From NCBI GenBank assembly GCA_963730165.1, contig CAVSQS010000005.1, forward strand, positions 40,117 to 72,116: 32,000 nt of DNA, given 5' to 3'. Source of the DNA: an uncultured Actinomycetota bacterium. GTDB lineage: Bacteria > Actinomycetota > Actinomycetes > Actinomycetales > Dermatophilaceae. The position numbers were made by a program, and so were the translations under genes. The stretch's first letter is position 1, and every line of letters starts with the position of its first letter. Positions 18,933-26,622 of this stretch are shown here, piece by piece. Below the pieces are notes generated by a model. It was not told the origin of the DNA. It saw only the letters and a program-made list of their open reading frames with translations, and ran no database searches.

Positions 18933-19369
18933 GGCGTGCCTCGGAAGCGGTCGACGGTCGAGACGTGGGTGGCGGTGACCGGGACCGTGAGTGGCGCCAC
19001 CTCGCGCGCGAACGCCGGGACGAGCGGGAGCGGGACGGTCACCGTCGCCGTGGCGCTCACCCGGCCACCCGGCCGGAGGCACGGGCTGCCGTCGCAGGCC
19101 AGCGTGAGCCGTGCCGAGTCGGCGAGGTCGTGGTCCTCGAAGCTGATCTGCGCCGCGGCCCGGGCCCTGGCCTCTGCGGCCCGGCCGTCGGTGGCGGTGA
19201 CGAACGCACGCCCCGCCTCACGCGACGCCTGGGCGACGGCGAACGCGCCGGCCTGGACGCGGGCGAGCACGAGCACGAGGTAGACGAGCGGCACGAGCAG
19301 CAGCACCCCGAGGACGACGAACTCGACGATCGCGCTACCGCGCTCGTCCCGCGGGCTGCGTCGCCTCAC
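18929..19369 (-). CDS. TadE-like protein
   Basis: GTG 19369 overlaps the upstream stop (GTGA). The N-terminus is VRRRSPRDERGSAIVEFVVLGVLLLVPLVYLVLV, in which G/SAIVEF matches the Flp/TadE G/xxxxE[FY] class-III signal pattern. Confidence 0.8.
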   Translation of the reverse strand: MRRRSPRDERGSAIVEFVVLGVLLLVPLVYLVLVLARVQAGAFAVAQASREAGRAFVTATDGRAAEARARAAAQISFEDHDLADSARLTLACDGSPCLRPGGRVSATATVTVPLPLVPAFAREVAPLTVPVTATHVSTVDRFRGTP

Positions 19370-19749
19370 TGCTCCTCCACGAAGGCGCGGCCGGTGACGT
19401 GAAGCGAGCCGTCGGGGCCGACGAGACCGAGGACGGGCAGCGGGGCGACAATCCGCACCTCGACCACGCGCACCCCTGCGACCCGGGCTTCGGTGGCCGT
19501 CACACTGCGCGCGTACCTCTGCGAGAGGGAGGCTGCGATGAGGTCGCGCGCGCGAGCCGCGCCCAGCCCGGGGTCCGCGTCGGCACGGGCCCCGTAGCGG
19601 GCCCCCTCCGACGCGCACGAGATGAGGAGGTTGCGCGTGAAGAGCGCGAGGCCGAGCTGCACGACGGCCAGGAACAGAACGATCACGAGCACGGAGACGA
19701 GCACGAAGTCGGGCACCGCCGCGCCGCGCTCCTGCCGACGCGGCCGCAC
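19366..19749 (-). CDS. TadE-like protein
   Basis: From GTG 19749 the N-terminus is VRPRRQERGAAVPDFVLVSVLVIVLFLAVVQLGLAL, a leader ending in ERG followed by a hydrophobic helix. The track ORF extends upstream into non-coding frame. Confidence 0.78.
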   Translation of the reverse strand: MRPRRQERGAAVPDFVLVSVLVIVLFLAVVQLGLALFTRNLLISCASEGARYGARADADPGLGAARARDLIAASLSQRYARSVTATEARVAGVRVVEVRIVAPLPVLGLVGPDGSLHVTGRAFVEEQ

Positions 19750-19757
19750 GACCGGGC

Positions 19758-19967
19758 TCAGCCGCCGACCGAGGCGAGCGCGTCGGTGAAGAGCGCGACG
19801 AGCTGGTCCTCGGCGACGATCCAGAGCGCGGAGACCAGCGCGGCCGTCATCAGGGTGATGAGGACCCACCCGGGGACGTCCCCCCGCTCGTCGGGCCGGA
19901 GCGCGCCGCGCGGACGGGCTGGCCGGCGGCACATCGGACGTCCGTGGAACGTCGTCGTCGATCTCAT
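19758..19967 (-). CDS. small Flp-pilin-like / DUF4244-type protein (69 aa)
   Basis: ATG 19967 is preceded by GGAAGGA. The translation has the leader ...RPDERGD followed by one hydrophobic helix (VPGWVLITLMTAALVSALWIV). Its position between tadC and the TadE-like genes matches the pilin slot of actinobacterial Tad-like loci. Confidence 0.6.
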   Translation of the reverse strand: MRSTTTFHGRPMCRRPARPRGALRPDERGDVPGWVLITLMTAALVSALWIVAEDQLVALFTDALASVGG

Positions 19968-19989
19968 GGGTGGTCCTTCCGTGACGTGG

Positions 19990-20922
19990 TCAGAGGGAGA
20001 AGCGGAAGAAGCTGAAGCCCGGGAACACCGCGAAGAGCACGGTGACGGGGAGGATCAGAAAGACGACGGGAACCATCATGAGGATCTCCTTGCGCCCACC
20101 CGCCTCCATGAGGGACCGTCGCCCCTCCTCCCGGACGTCCTGGGCCTGGGCACGGAGCACGTCGGCGAGCGGGGTGCCCCGTTGCACCGCGACGACGATG
20201 CCGTCGACGAAGCGCCGCAGGCTCGGCACGCCGGTGCGGTCGGCGAGGCCCTGGAGCGCGGTCACGAGGTTGGCCCCTGCCCGAGCGTCGGCAAGGCAGC
20301 GCCTCAGCTCGTCGGCCAACTCACCCCGGGAGAGCCGGCAGACGCGGTCCAGCGCCCCCACGGCGCCCTCCCCGGCTCCGACCGAGAGGGCGAGCAGCTC
20401 GGCGATCGTCGGGAACTCGGCGAGCATCCGCCGCTCGCGACGCGTCGCTCGCACCGACAGGAGGTGGTCGCGGCCGGCCACGCCCAGACCGAGCCCAGTG
20501 AGGGTCAGCAGGACGACAGGGACCGCGGACGACCCACGGGCCAGCGCCACAGCGACGCCGAAGGCCGCGCCGAGGACCGCACCGCCGATGCCCCAGAGCA
20601 CCTGTTCGGCCCGGAAGCGATCCACATCCGGAGCCGCTCCGGCACGCAACAGCCGGCTCCGGACCGTCACCCTCCCTCCCATGACGCGCTCCACGCCACG
20701 GCCCAGGTCGCGCAGGAGCGGAGCGGTGAGGATGCCGATCGCGCCGGAGGCTGCGGAGCGCTCCTCGAGCAGCCTCGACGGAACCGGCGTGTCGCGCAGG
20801 TACGGCAGGACCCGCTCCGCCAGGCCGGTCCGGCGCCGACGGGGCAGGCGCGACCAGACGAGGGCGAGCCCCATTCCCGCGCACAGACCGAGCAGGGCCC
20901 CGTCCCGGACGAGCGGGCTCAT
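19990..20922 (-). CDS. tadC: type II secretion system F-family membrane protein (TadC-like)
   Basis: ATG 20922 overlaps the tadB stop (ATGA). The cytoplasmic T2SSF domain (LAEFPTIAELLALSVGAGEGAVGALDRV) is flanked by TM helices and followed by the C-terminal helix ILMMVPVVFLILPVTVLFAVFPG. Confidence 0.82.
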   Translation of the reverse strand: MSPLVRDGALLGLCAGMGLALVWSRLPRRRRTGLAERVLPYLRDTPVPSRLLEERSAASGAIGILTAPLLRDLGRGVERVMGGRVTVRSRLLRAGAAPDVDRFRAEQVLWGIGGAVLGAAFGVAVALARGSSAVPVVLLTLTGLGLGVAGRDHLLSVRATRRERRMLAEFPTIAELLALSVGAGEGAVGALDRVCRLSRGELADELRRCLADARAGANLVTALQGLADRTGVPSLRRFVDGIVVAVQRGTPLADVLRAQAQDVREEGRRSLMEAGGRKEILMMVPVVFLILPVTVLFAVFPGFSFFRFSL

Positions 20923-21788
20923 CGGAGCACCCGCCGGTCCTCGGGCAGCCGACCGAGCCGCATCATCGACCAGTACGCCACGGCGGTGACCCCGGCTCCC
21001 GCCCCGAGGATCGCCACCCCGAGCGGGGAGGCGTAGGCGGCCACGGACTCGGGGTTGGTCGACAGCATGGCCAGCACGATCCACGGCGCCGCAGCGGCCA
21101 GGCGGGCGGCGTTGACGGTCCACGACTGGCGCGCCTCGAGCTCGGCACGGGTCCGCGCGTCCTCGCGCAGGAAGCCGGACAGGGTGCGGAGCAGGTGCCC
21201 CAGGTCGCTCCCGCCGACCTCACGGGCGATGCGCAGGCTCTCGACGAGCCGGTCGCCGACCGGGTCACTGAGGTGGTCCTTGAGACGGTCGAGGCAGTCG
21301 GCGAACCGCCCCGAGAGCCGGTAGTCGTCGGCGAATCGGCGAAACGGCTCACGAAGCTCCTCGGGACCGCGCTCACCCAGCTGGCTGAGCGCCTCCGGTA
21401 GCGCCATCCCGGCCCTCACCGCGGAGACGATGTTGTCGACGGCATCCGGCCAGAGGTCGCGCAAACGGGCCCGCCGACGGCGCGCGCGGCGACGGACGAG
21501 CACGATGGGCGCGGCAGCGGCCATGCCGGCGAAGCACACGGCGATGGGGAGGACGCCCACGGTGAGGTGCACGAGGGCCAGGACGAGGAGTGCGGCCATC
21601 GCGCACCCGCCGAGCAGGGTCCGCAGGCCGAGCCCGGCGAACCCTGCCTGGACCACGTCGTCGGCGAGCCGGTTTAGCGGCCCGAGGCCGCGGGCACGCT
21701 CTGGTGTCGGCGGGGACGGCACCCAGCAGCTCCACCAGACGAGGAAGAGCCCCGTCCCCGCCCCGAGCCCGACGAGGAGGCCCGTCAT
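20919..21788 (-). CDS. tadB: type II secretion system F-family membrane protein (TadB-like)
   Basis: ATG 21788 overlaps the tadA stop (ATGA). The T2SSF-type domain (LWPDAVDNIVSAVRAGMALPEALSQL) has flanking TM helices. Confidence 0.82.
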   Translation of the reverse strand: MTGLLVGLGAGTGLFLVWWSCWVPSPPTPERARGLGPLNRLADDVVQAGFAGLGLRTLLGGCAMAALLVLALVHLTVGVLPIAVCFAGMAAAAPIVLVRRRARRRRARLRDLWPDAVDNIVSAVRAGMALPEALSQLGERGPEELREPFRRFADDYRLSGRFADCLDRLKDHLSDPVGDRLVESLRIAREVGGSDLGHLLRTLSGFLREDARTRAELEARQSWTVNAARLAAAAPWIVLAMLSTNPESVAAYASPLGVAILGAGAGVTAVAYWSMMRLGRLPEDRRVLR

Positions 21789-23014
21789 GCCGGCTCCCGC
21801 GTCAACAGCGCCGCGACGTCGAACCCCGCGCGCTCGAATCGCTCGGCGTGCGGCGGGAAGCCGTCGGCTCGCCGCAGCTCACCGTCGCGGCGGACGAAGA
21901 TGTCGGCGATCTCGACGACGTCCTCCTCCACTCGACCCGGCACCGCGGCGACTTCTCGGACGACCCGACGGCCGTCGCGCTCCAGGGAAAGATGGACGAC
22001 GAGGTCGACGGAGGCCGCGACCGTCGGCACGACGAAGCGGGCCGCGACGTTCTCACCGGCGAGGAGGGGCAGCGTGCACATCTTCGTCACCGCCTCACGG
22101 GCACTGTTCGCGTGGACGGTGCACATCCCGGGTAGTCCCGAGTTGAGGGCGATGAGCAGGTCGAGACTCTCCGCCTGCCGGACCTCGCCCACGACGATGC
22201 GCGACGGCCGCATCCGCAGGGCCTCCTTGACGAGCCGGCGGAGTGGCACCTCCCCGGTCCCCTCGAGGGACGGCTGGCGACACTGCATGGAGGCCACGTC
22301 GCGGTGAGGGATCCGCAGCTCGAAGACCTCCTCGCAGGTCACGACCCTCTCCCGCGCGGGAATGGCGGCCGCGAGGCAGTTCAACATGGTCGTCTTCCCC
22401 GCCTGGGTGCCTCCGGCGACCAGGATGTTGAGGCCGGCCACGACGGCGGCATCGAGGAAGCGCGCGGCCTGCGGTGTGATCGTGCCGAGCCGGAGCAGGT
22501 CGTCCATCGTGTCCGCCTTCACGACGAACTTGCGGATGTTGACGTACCAGTGCTCGCGCGTGATGTCGGGGATGACGACGTGCAGTCGGCTGCCGTCAGG
22601 CAGCACCGCGTCGACGAACGGGGAGGACAGGTCGACCCGCCGCCCGGACGGCTTGAGCATCCGCTCGACGAGGTCCCGGACCTGGTCGTGGGTCAGGAGC
22701 GTGGTGGTCAGCTCGGCCACCCCGTCACGGGCGACGAAGACGCGAGACGGCTCGTTGACCCAGATCTCCTCGATGCTGGGATCGTCGAGGTACTGCTGCA
22801 ACGGACCGTAACCGACGACGGTGTCCCACAGCACCTTCGACGTCGCACCAGGATCGGTCAGGACGGGCAGTCCACCGTGCATCGAGCGCTCGTCGTAATC
22901 GGTGACGGCATCGTGCACCAGGCGTCGGACCGCCGGTTCGTCACGCTGCGGGTCCAGACCCGAGCGACGGATGAGCTCGCGCACCTCACCCTCGAGCGTG
23001 GCGACGGCGTCCAC
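21785..23014 (-). CDS. tadA: TadA/CpaF-family secretion ATPase
   Basis: Walker A is GGTQAGKTTMLN. The Asp/His boxes of type II/IV secretion NTPases are present (RIVVGEVR, GLPGMCTVHANS). I prefer GTG 23014, preceded by GGGAAGGGGG; the track start at 23077 adds 21 Arg/Gly/Pro-rich codons. Confidence 0.9.
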   Translation of the reverse strand: MDAVATLEGEVRELIRRSGLDPQRDEPAVRRLVHDAVTDYDERSMHGGLPVLTDPGATSKVLWDTVVGYGPLQQYLDDPSIEEIWVNEPSRVFVARDGVAELTTTLLTHDQVRDLVERMLKPSGRRVDLSSPFVDAVLPDGSRLHVVIPDITREHWYVNIRKFVVKADTMDDLLRLGTITPQAARFLDAAVVAGLNILVAGGTQAGKTTMLNCLAAAIPARERVVTCEEVFELRIPHRDVASMQCRQPSLEGTGEVPLRRLVKEALRMRPSRIVVGEVRQAESLDLLIALNSGLPGMCTVHANSAREAVTKMCTLPLLAGENVAARFVVPTVAASVDLVVHLSLERDGRRVVREVAAVPGRVEEDVVEIADIFVRRDGELRRADGFPPHAERFERAGFDVAALLTREPA

Positions 23015-23118
23015 GGCTGACCCCCTTCCCCGAGCGGCCGGGCCCCTCCCCGGTGCACTGCCCCTAGGGAACCCCACCAGAGGGGCGGCCGCATCCCGAG
23101 CGGCGCACGACTGTGGAC
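22763..23118. repeat. direct repeat copy A (356 bp): first 84 codons of tadA plus 104 bp of leader
   Basis: It aligns base for base with 26371-26726. The lengths are equal, there are no indels, and I count 5 substitutions by eye. Confidence 0.9.
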
Positions 23119-23341
23119 AACGCGGCTCTGGAGCGACGGACGAGGACCATGGGGCCCAAGAGCCCCAGTGGTCCCACGGCGCGGCGGGCGCCAGGGCAAG
23201 CCTTGCCGGTGGCCGTCAGAACGACTCGGCCGAGGCGCCCAATCCGCACCCTCGGATCCCCTCGCCGCACTGCAAGGACGACGGCGGAGTCGCAGGCGCT
23301 ATCGCACGGGAGTGTCGGACCTCAGCTGAGACGGCTTCGAG

Positions 23342-23827
23342 CTAGGAGATGTAACCCGCCAGCGCGTCCTTGACCCCGTTGGAGACGGAGCTGGTGCCGC
23401 CGAGGATGACGATCCGGCCAGGGTTGAGCCGGGTCAGCTCATCGGCGACGACGGACGGGATCGACGTCGGCGTCACCAGCAGCACCGGACCGCCCTTGAC
23501 CCGCCCGCGGGACCACCCGAGAGCGCATCCGGGAAGCTCGTCCCCGTCGCCACATACGCCACCGGCACCCTCCGGTCGAACGTCGCGGCGCTGATCGCCG
23601 CCGACGTCGCATACCGGTTCCGACCCGACACCCGGTCCACCGACCCGGCCACCGTGGCAACCTCCGGCGCCACCCCCGGCCACGGTGGTCACACCCCCTG
23701 CGGCGCTCGCAGCAACACCCCCACCACCGAGCACCACCGCTACCGACGCCACCAACGCCCCCCACCCCCACCACCACCGAGAACCCGCCCCGCCACCCTT
23801 GCGACCGCAAGACGGGCGCCACCCCAT
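23342..23827 (-). pseudogene. frameshifted CWB2 (cell-wall-binding repeat 2) protein remnant
   Basis: A single CWB2 unit is split across two frames. The frame of 23473..23673 gives VDRVSGRNRYATSAAISAATFDRRVPVAYVATGTSFPDALSGGPAGG. The frame of 23342..23827 gives KGGPVLLVTPTSIPSVVADELTRLNPGRIVILGGTSSVSNGVKDALAGYIS. The break is at GGCGGG-TCAAGGGC (~23500-23506). A signal-peptide-like N-terminus (WGALVASVAVVLGGGGVAASAAG) sits in the second frame, which implies another shift near 23675-23700. Confidence 0.65.
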
Positions 23828-24347
23828 TCCGACCGATTCACAGAATCCGTCTCACCAGGCGACCAAAGGTTCGACCGTCGGCCACGTAGACCCGCTCTCG
23901 CGCATTCACCGAAATCCGGCGGACGCGCGGAATCTCGGCTGGATACGCCTTCTTGTGCATTTCCTGTGTGGATGGCTGGGTGTCGGCGGGGAGGCGCAGA
24001 TCCCCAACGGAGCCATTCCGTGGAACGGGCCGCTCGGCTGCGTCGTGCGCGGCCACAGCCACTACGTGCGCCAACAGGCGTGCCCCGCATCGGCCTCCTT
24101 CGGTGAACGGACGACAAGGGAATGGCGATGAACGGAGAATCATCGCCCGCTTGATGAGATGGGGCCCTCCGACCAGCTGCGCCATCAGTAGGGTCCAGAT
24201 GCAGTTGAGCCCATTCGGCTCCGGGGGCTGCACAACGAATGGACTCCGGGGCCCGCACGACTATCGAATTGACGGACGTCGATACAAGGCAGGCCGACCA
24301 CGTCGAACGGCGGCCACTGACTGGAGAACCCTCGAAAGGCTGACACG

Positions 24348-25982
24348 ATGCTGAGATTGAAGCGAGCCGATCACCGCGACGCCGTGACAACCCGAACCGC
24401 GCGTCTGTCCGCGTGGATCATCGCAGCTGTGGTTGCTGCGTTTGCGACCGTCGGCGGGCTCTCGGCCTCGGCTTCCGCGGCTACTCCCCCGATTCCTGGG
24501 TTTGAGATCTCCGTCCAAGACGCCTCAGGTGCCTCGACTACCGACGGCGCCATCACGGTCACGGCCACGACTGCCCCGGACGGCACCTACGACGTGAGCA
24601 TCTACAACCAGACCGACCTCGCCGGGTTCGGCCAGATCACCGTGCCGGGAGGGAACGCCTACACCGGGACCGGGCTCGATGCCAGGACCTACACCGTCAT
24701 CGTGCGCAATAACAGCGACCAGAGCGAAGTTGGACGCGACCTCAACGTGGTGGTCGGCGTGAGCACGGGCGCCCAGGCCACGGTGGCGGTCAGCTTCGCT
24801 GGCCCCACGGCGTGCTACCCCGACAATGGGTCGGTTCAGGACGTGCCGTTCAGCGTCACGAACGGACCTGTGGCGCAGGACATCACCGTGACGTTGGTGG
24901 ACAGCGGCGTGGCCACGCTCATCGACACCGTCGTCCCACATGCAGCGGGCCAGACCAACGATTCTGCCTTGGTGGCGGTGGACATCATCTTCGGCCACAC
25001 CTACGTGCTGACGGCCACCGGGGCCATTGGGGGAACCGATTCCGCGACGTGGACCGCGCCGGCGCTCTGTGACCCGGTGGCCCGCATCTCCGGCCCGAAC
25101 CGGTACGCCACCTCCGCAGCGATCAGCGCCGCGAGCTTCGACCCCGGCGTCCCCGTGGCCTACGTCGCCACCGGCACCAACTTCCCCGACGCCCTCTCCG
25201 GCGGCCCCGCCGGGGGCATCAAGGGCGGCCCCGTCCTCCTGGTCACCCCCACCTCCATCCCCACCGAGGTCGCCGCCGAGCTGACCCGACTCCAGCCCGC
25301 ACGCATCGAGATCCTCGGCGGGACCAGCTCGGTCTCCACCGCAGTCGAGACCGCCCTCGGCGGGTACACCTCCGGCCCGGTGGACCGGCTCTCCGGCCCG
25401 AACCGGTACGCCACCTCGGCAGCGATCAGCGCCGCGAGCTTCGACCCCGGCGTCCCCGTGGCCTACGTCGCCACCGGAGTGAACTTCCCCGACGCCCTCT
25501 CCGGCGGCCCCGCCGGAGGCCTCAAGGGCGGCCCCGTCCTCCTGGTCACCCCCACCTCCATCCCCTCGCAGGTCGCCGCCGAGCTGACCCGACTCCAGCC
25601 CGGCCGGATCGTCATCCTCGGCGGGACCAGCTCGGTCTCCACCGCAGTCGAGACCGCCCTCGGCGGGTACACCTCCGGCCCGGTGGACCGGCTCTCCGGC
25701 CCGAACCGGTACGCCACCTCCGCAGCGATCAGCGCCGCGAGCTTCGACCCCGGCGTCCCCGTGGCCTACGTCGCCACCGGAGTGAACTTCCCCGACGCCC
25801 TCTCCGGCGGCCCCGCCGGAGGCCTCAAGGGCGGCCCCGTCCTCCTGGTCACCCCCACCTCCATCCCCTCGCAGGTCGCCGCAGAGCTGACCCGACTCCA
25901 GCCCGCACGCATCGAGATCCTCGGAGGAACCAGCTCGGTCTCCACCGCCGTCGAGACCGCCCTGGCCGCCTACATCAAGTAG
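24348..25982 (+). CDS. secreted protein: N-terminal ~240-aa unknown beta-rich region plus three tandem CWB2 cell-wall-binding repeats
   Basis: The signal peptide is ARLSAWIIAAVVAAFATVGGLSASASA. It is followed by three 101-aa units, each reading SGPNRYATSAAISAASFDPGVPVAYVATG.NFPDALSGGPAGG.KGGPVLLVTPTSIP..VAAELTRLQP.RI.ILGGTSSVSTAVETAL. This matches the CW_binding_2 pattern (R.aG.dRY.TA..., DAL, P.LL, .ILGG...VS). Stop TAG at 25980-25982. Confidence 0.85.
   Translation: MLRLKRADHRDAVTTRTARLSAWIIAAVVAAFATVGGLSASASAATPPIPGFEISVQDASGASTTDGAITVTATTAPDGTYDVSIYNQTDLAGFGQITVPGGNAYTGTGLDARTYTVIVRNNSDQSEVGRDLNVVVGVSTGAQATVAVSFAGPTACYPDNGSVQDVPFSVTNGPVAQDITVTLVDSGVATLIDTVVPHAAGQTNDSALVAVDIIFGHTYVLTATGAIGGTDSATWTAPALCDPVARISGPNRYATSAAISAASFDPGVPVAYVATGTNFPDALSGGPAGGIKGGPVLLVTPTSIPTEVAAELTRLQPARIEILGGTSSVSTAVETALGGYTSGPVDRLSGPNRYATSAAISAASFDPGVPVAYVATGVNFPDALSGGPAGGLKGGPVLLVTPTSIPSQVAAELTRLQPGRIVILGGTSSVSTAVETALGGYTSGPVDRLSGPNRYATSAAISAASFDPGVPVAYVATGVNFPDALSGGPAGGLKGGPVLLVTPTSIPSQVAAELTRLQPARIEILGGTSSVSTAVETALAAYIK
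25077..25982 (+). repeat. three tandem 303-bp coding repeats (CWB2 units) with very high nucleotide identity
   Basis: The units start at 25077, 25380 and 25683, a period of exactly 303 nt. Units 2 and 3 differ at only 2 positions over their first ~225 nt. Unit 1 carries the same 3' variant (gcacgcatcgagatcctcgg) as unit 3. Confidence 0.9.
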
Positions 25983-26058
25983 GCCCTCCTCGCGCCCCGG
26001 AGGGCCTAAAGCAGCATCGCCTGGGGCCAGCGCAGACCGCGCTGGCCCCAGGCGATGC
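25981..26058 (+). terminator. two consecutive stem-loops after the CWB2 gene (9-bp stem, then 20-bp perfect stem)
   Basis: The first is AGGCCCTCC (25981-25989) / GGAGGGCCT (25999-26007). The second is GCATCGCCTGGGGCCAGCGC (26014-26033), loop AGACC, GCGCTGGCCCCAGGCGATGC (26039-26058). The first stem overlaps the stop codon. Confidence 0.6.
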
Positions 26059-26370
26059 AGTGCTCCACGACGGGCGAATCCCCGCCACCCCTTCGGGTGC
26101 TGCCTCCAGCGAGAGCGGTCGTCGCAGTGCCCGAGAGGTAGCCGACCGCGTCAGGAGGCGCCGACCATGGCCTTCTCGACGCACCCACTCGAAGCGAGGT
26201 CAGCCCGCTGGGTTGCTGGTGGTAGGCGCATGGGACGGACCATGTCTCGGCGGGACACGCGCTCCAAGTGGAGCAAGACAGAAACCGGCCGCGGATGGCC
26301 CACCAAGCTGAGGACGAGGTGGCGGCAGCGCGGAGGGCGAGCACCCGGGAATCAGTCGCCGCTTGATTCG

Positions 26371-26622
26371 GATCTCCTCGATGCCGGGATCGTCGAGGTA
26401 CTGCTGCAACGGACCGTAACCGACGACGTTGTCCCACAGCACCTTCGACGTCGCACCAGGATCGGTCAGGACGGGCAGTCCACCGTGCATCGAGCGCTCG
26501 TCGTAGTCGGTGACGGCATCGTGCACCAGGCGTCGGACCGCCGGTTCGTCACGCTGCGGGTCCAGACCCGAGCGACGGATGAGCTCGCGCACCTCACCCT
26601 CGAGCGTGGCGACGGCGTCCAC
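26371..26622 (-). pseudogene. truncated duplicate of tadA (first 84 codons only)
   Basis: The GTG at 26622, with the same GGGAAGGGGG RBS, encodes VDAVATLEGEVRELIRRSGLDPQRDEPAVRRLVHDAVTDYDERSMHGGLPVLTDPGATSKVLWDNVVGYGPLQQYLDDPGIEEI. The frame then runs into unrelated sequence (RIKRRLIPGCSPS...) until the stop at 26200. No ATPase domain is present. Confidence 0.85.

Noticed and set aside
23015-23077. The 21-codon N-terminal extension of tadA given in the ORF track (start at 23077).
   Set aside because: The extension (GFPRGSAPGRGPAARGRGSA) is low-complexity. The downstream GTG 23014 has a strong GGGAAGGGGG RBS and gives an N-terminus typical of actinobacterial TadA-like ATPases.
23111-23121. 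The 11-mer CTGTGGACAAC occurs both at the end of repeat copy A and at 29414-29424, upstream of the FHA-FtsK gene. A near copy, CTGTGGACGAG, lies at 26719-26729.
   Set aside because: This is a post-hoc observation of a short match. It sits in opposite orientation relative to the adjacent genes and has no flanking similarity, so chance is a sufficient explanation.
23838-24233. A 131-codon minus-strand ORF in the lower-GC spacer of the insert (MQPPEPNGLNCIWTLL...YVADGRTFGRLVRRIL). I considered it as a possible transposase or integrase remnant.
   Set aside because: There is no recognisable catalytic or HTH motif, codon bias is poor and no RBS is present. I cannot support it as a gene without a database search.
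25077-25982. A regular 303-bp tandem repeat that could superficially suggest a repeat array such as a CRISPR or satellite.
   Set aside because: The period is a multiple of three, lies entirely inside one ORF and encodes three CWB2 protein domains. There are no short repeat/spacer units.
25983-26370. The ~390-bp right-hand part of the insert, which I scanned in all frames for a gene, tRNA fragment or att-like site.
   Set aside because: Only junk-like ORFs are present (26006..26437 -, 26060..26311 +, 26167..26628 +). Apart from the terminator hairpins, nothing recognisable was found.
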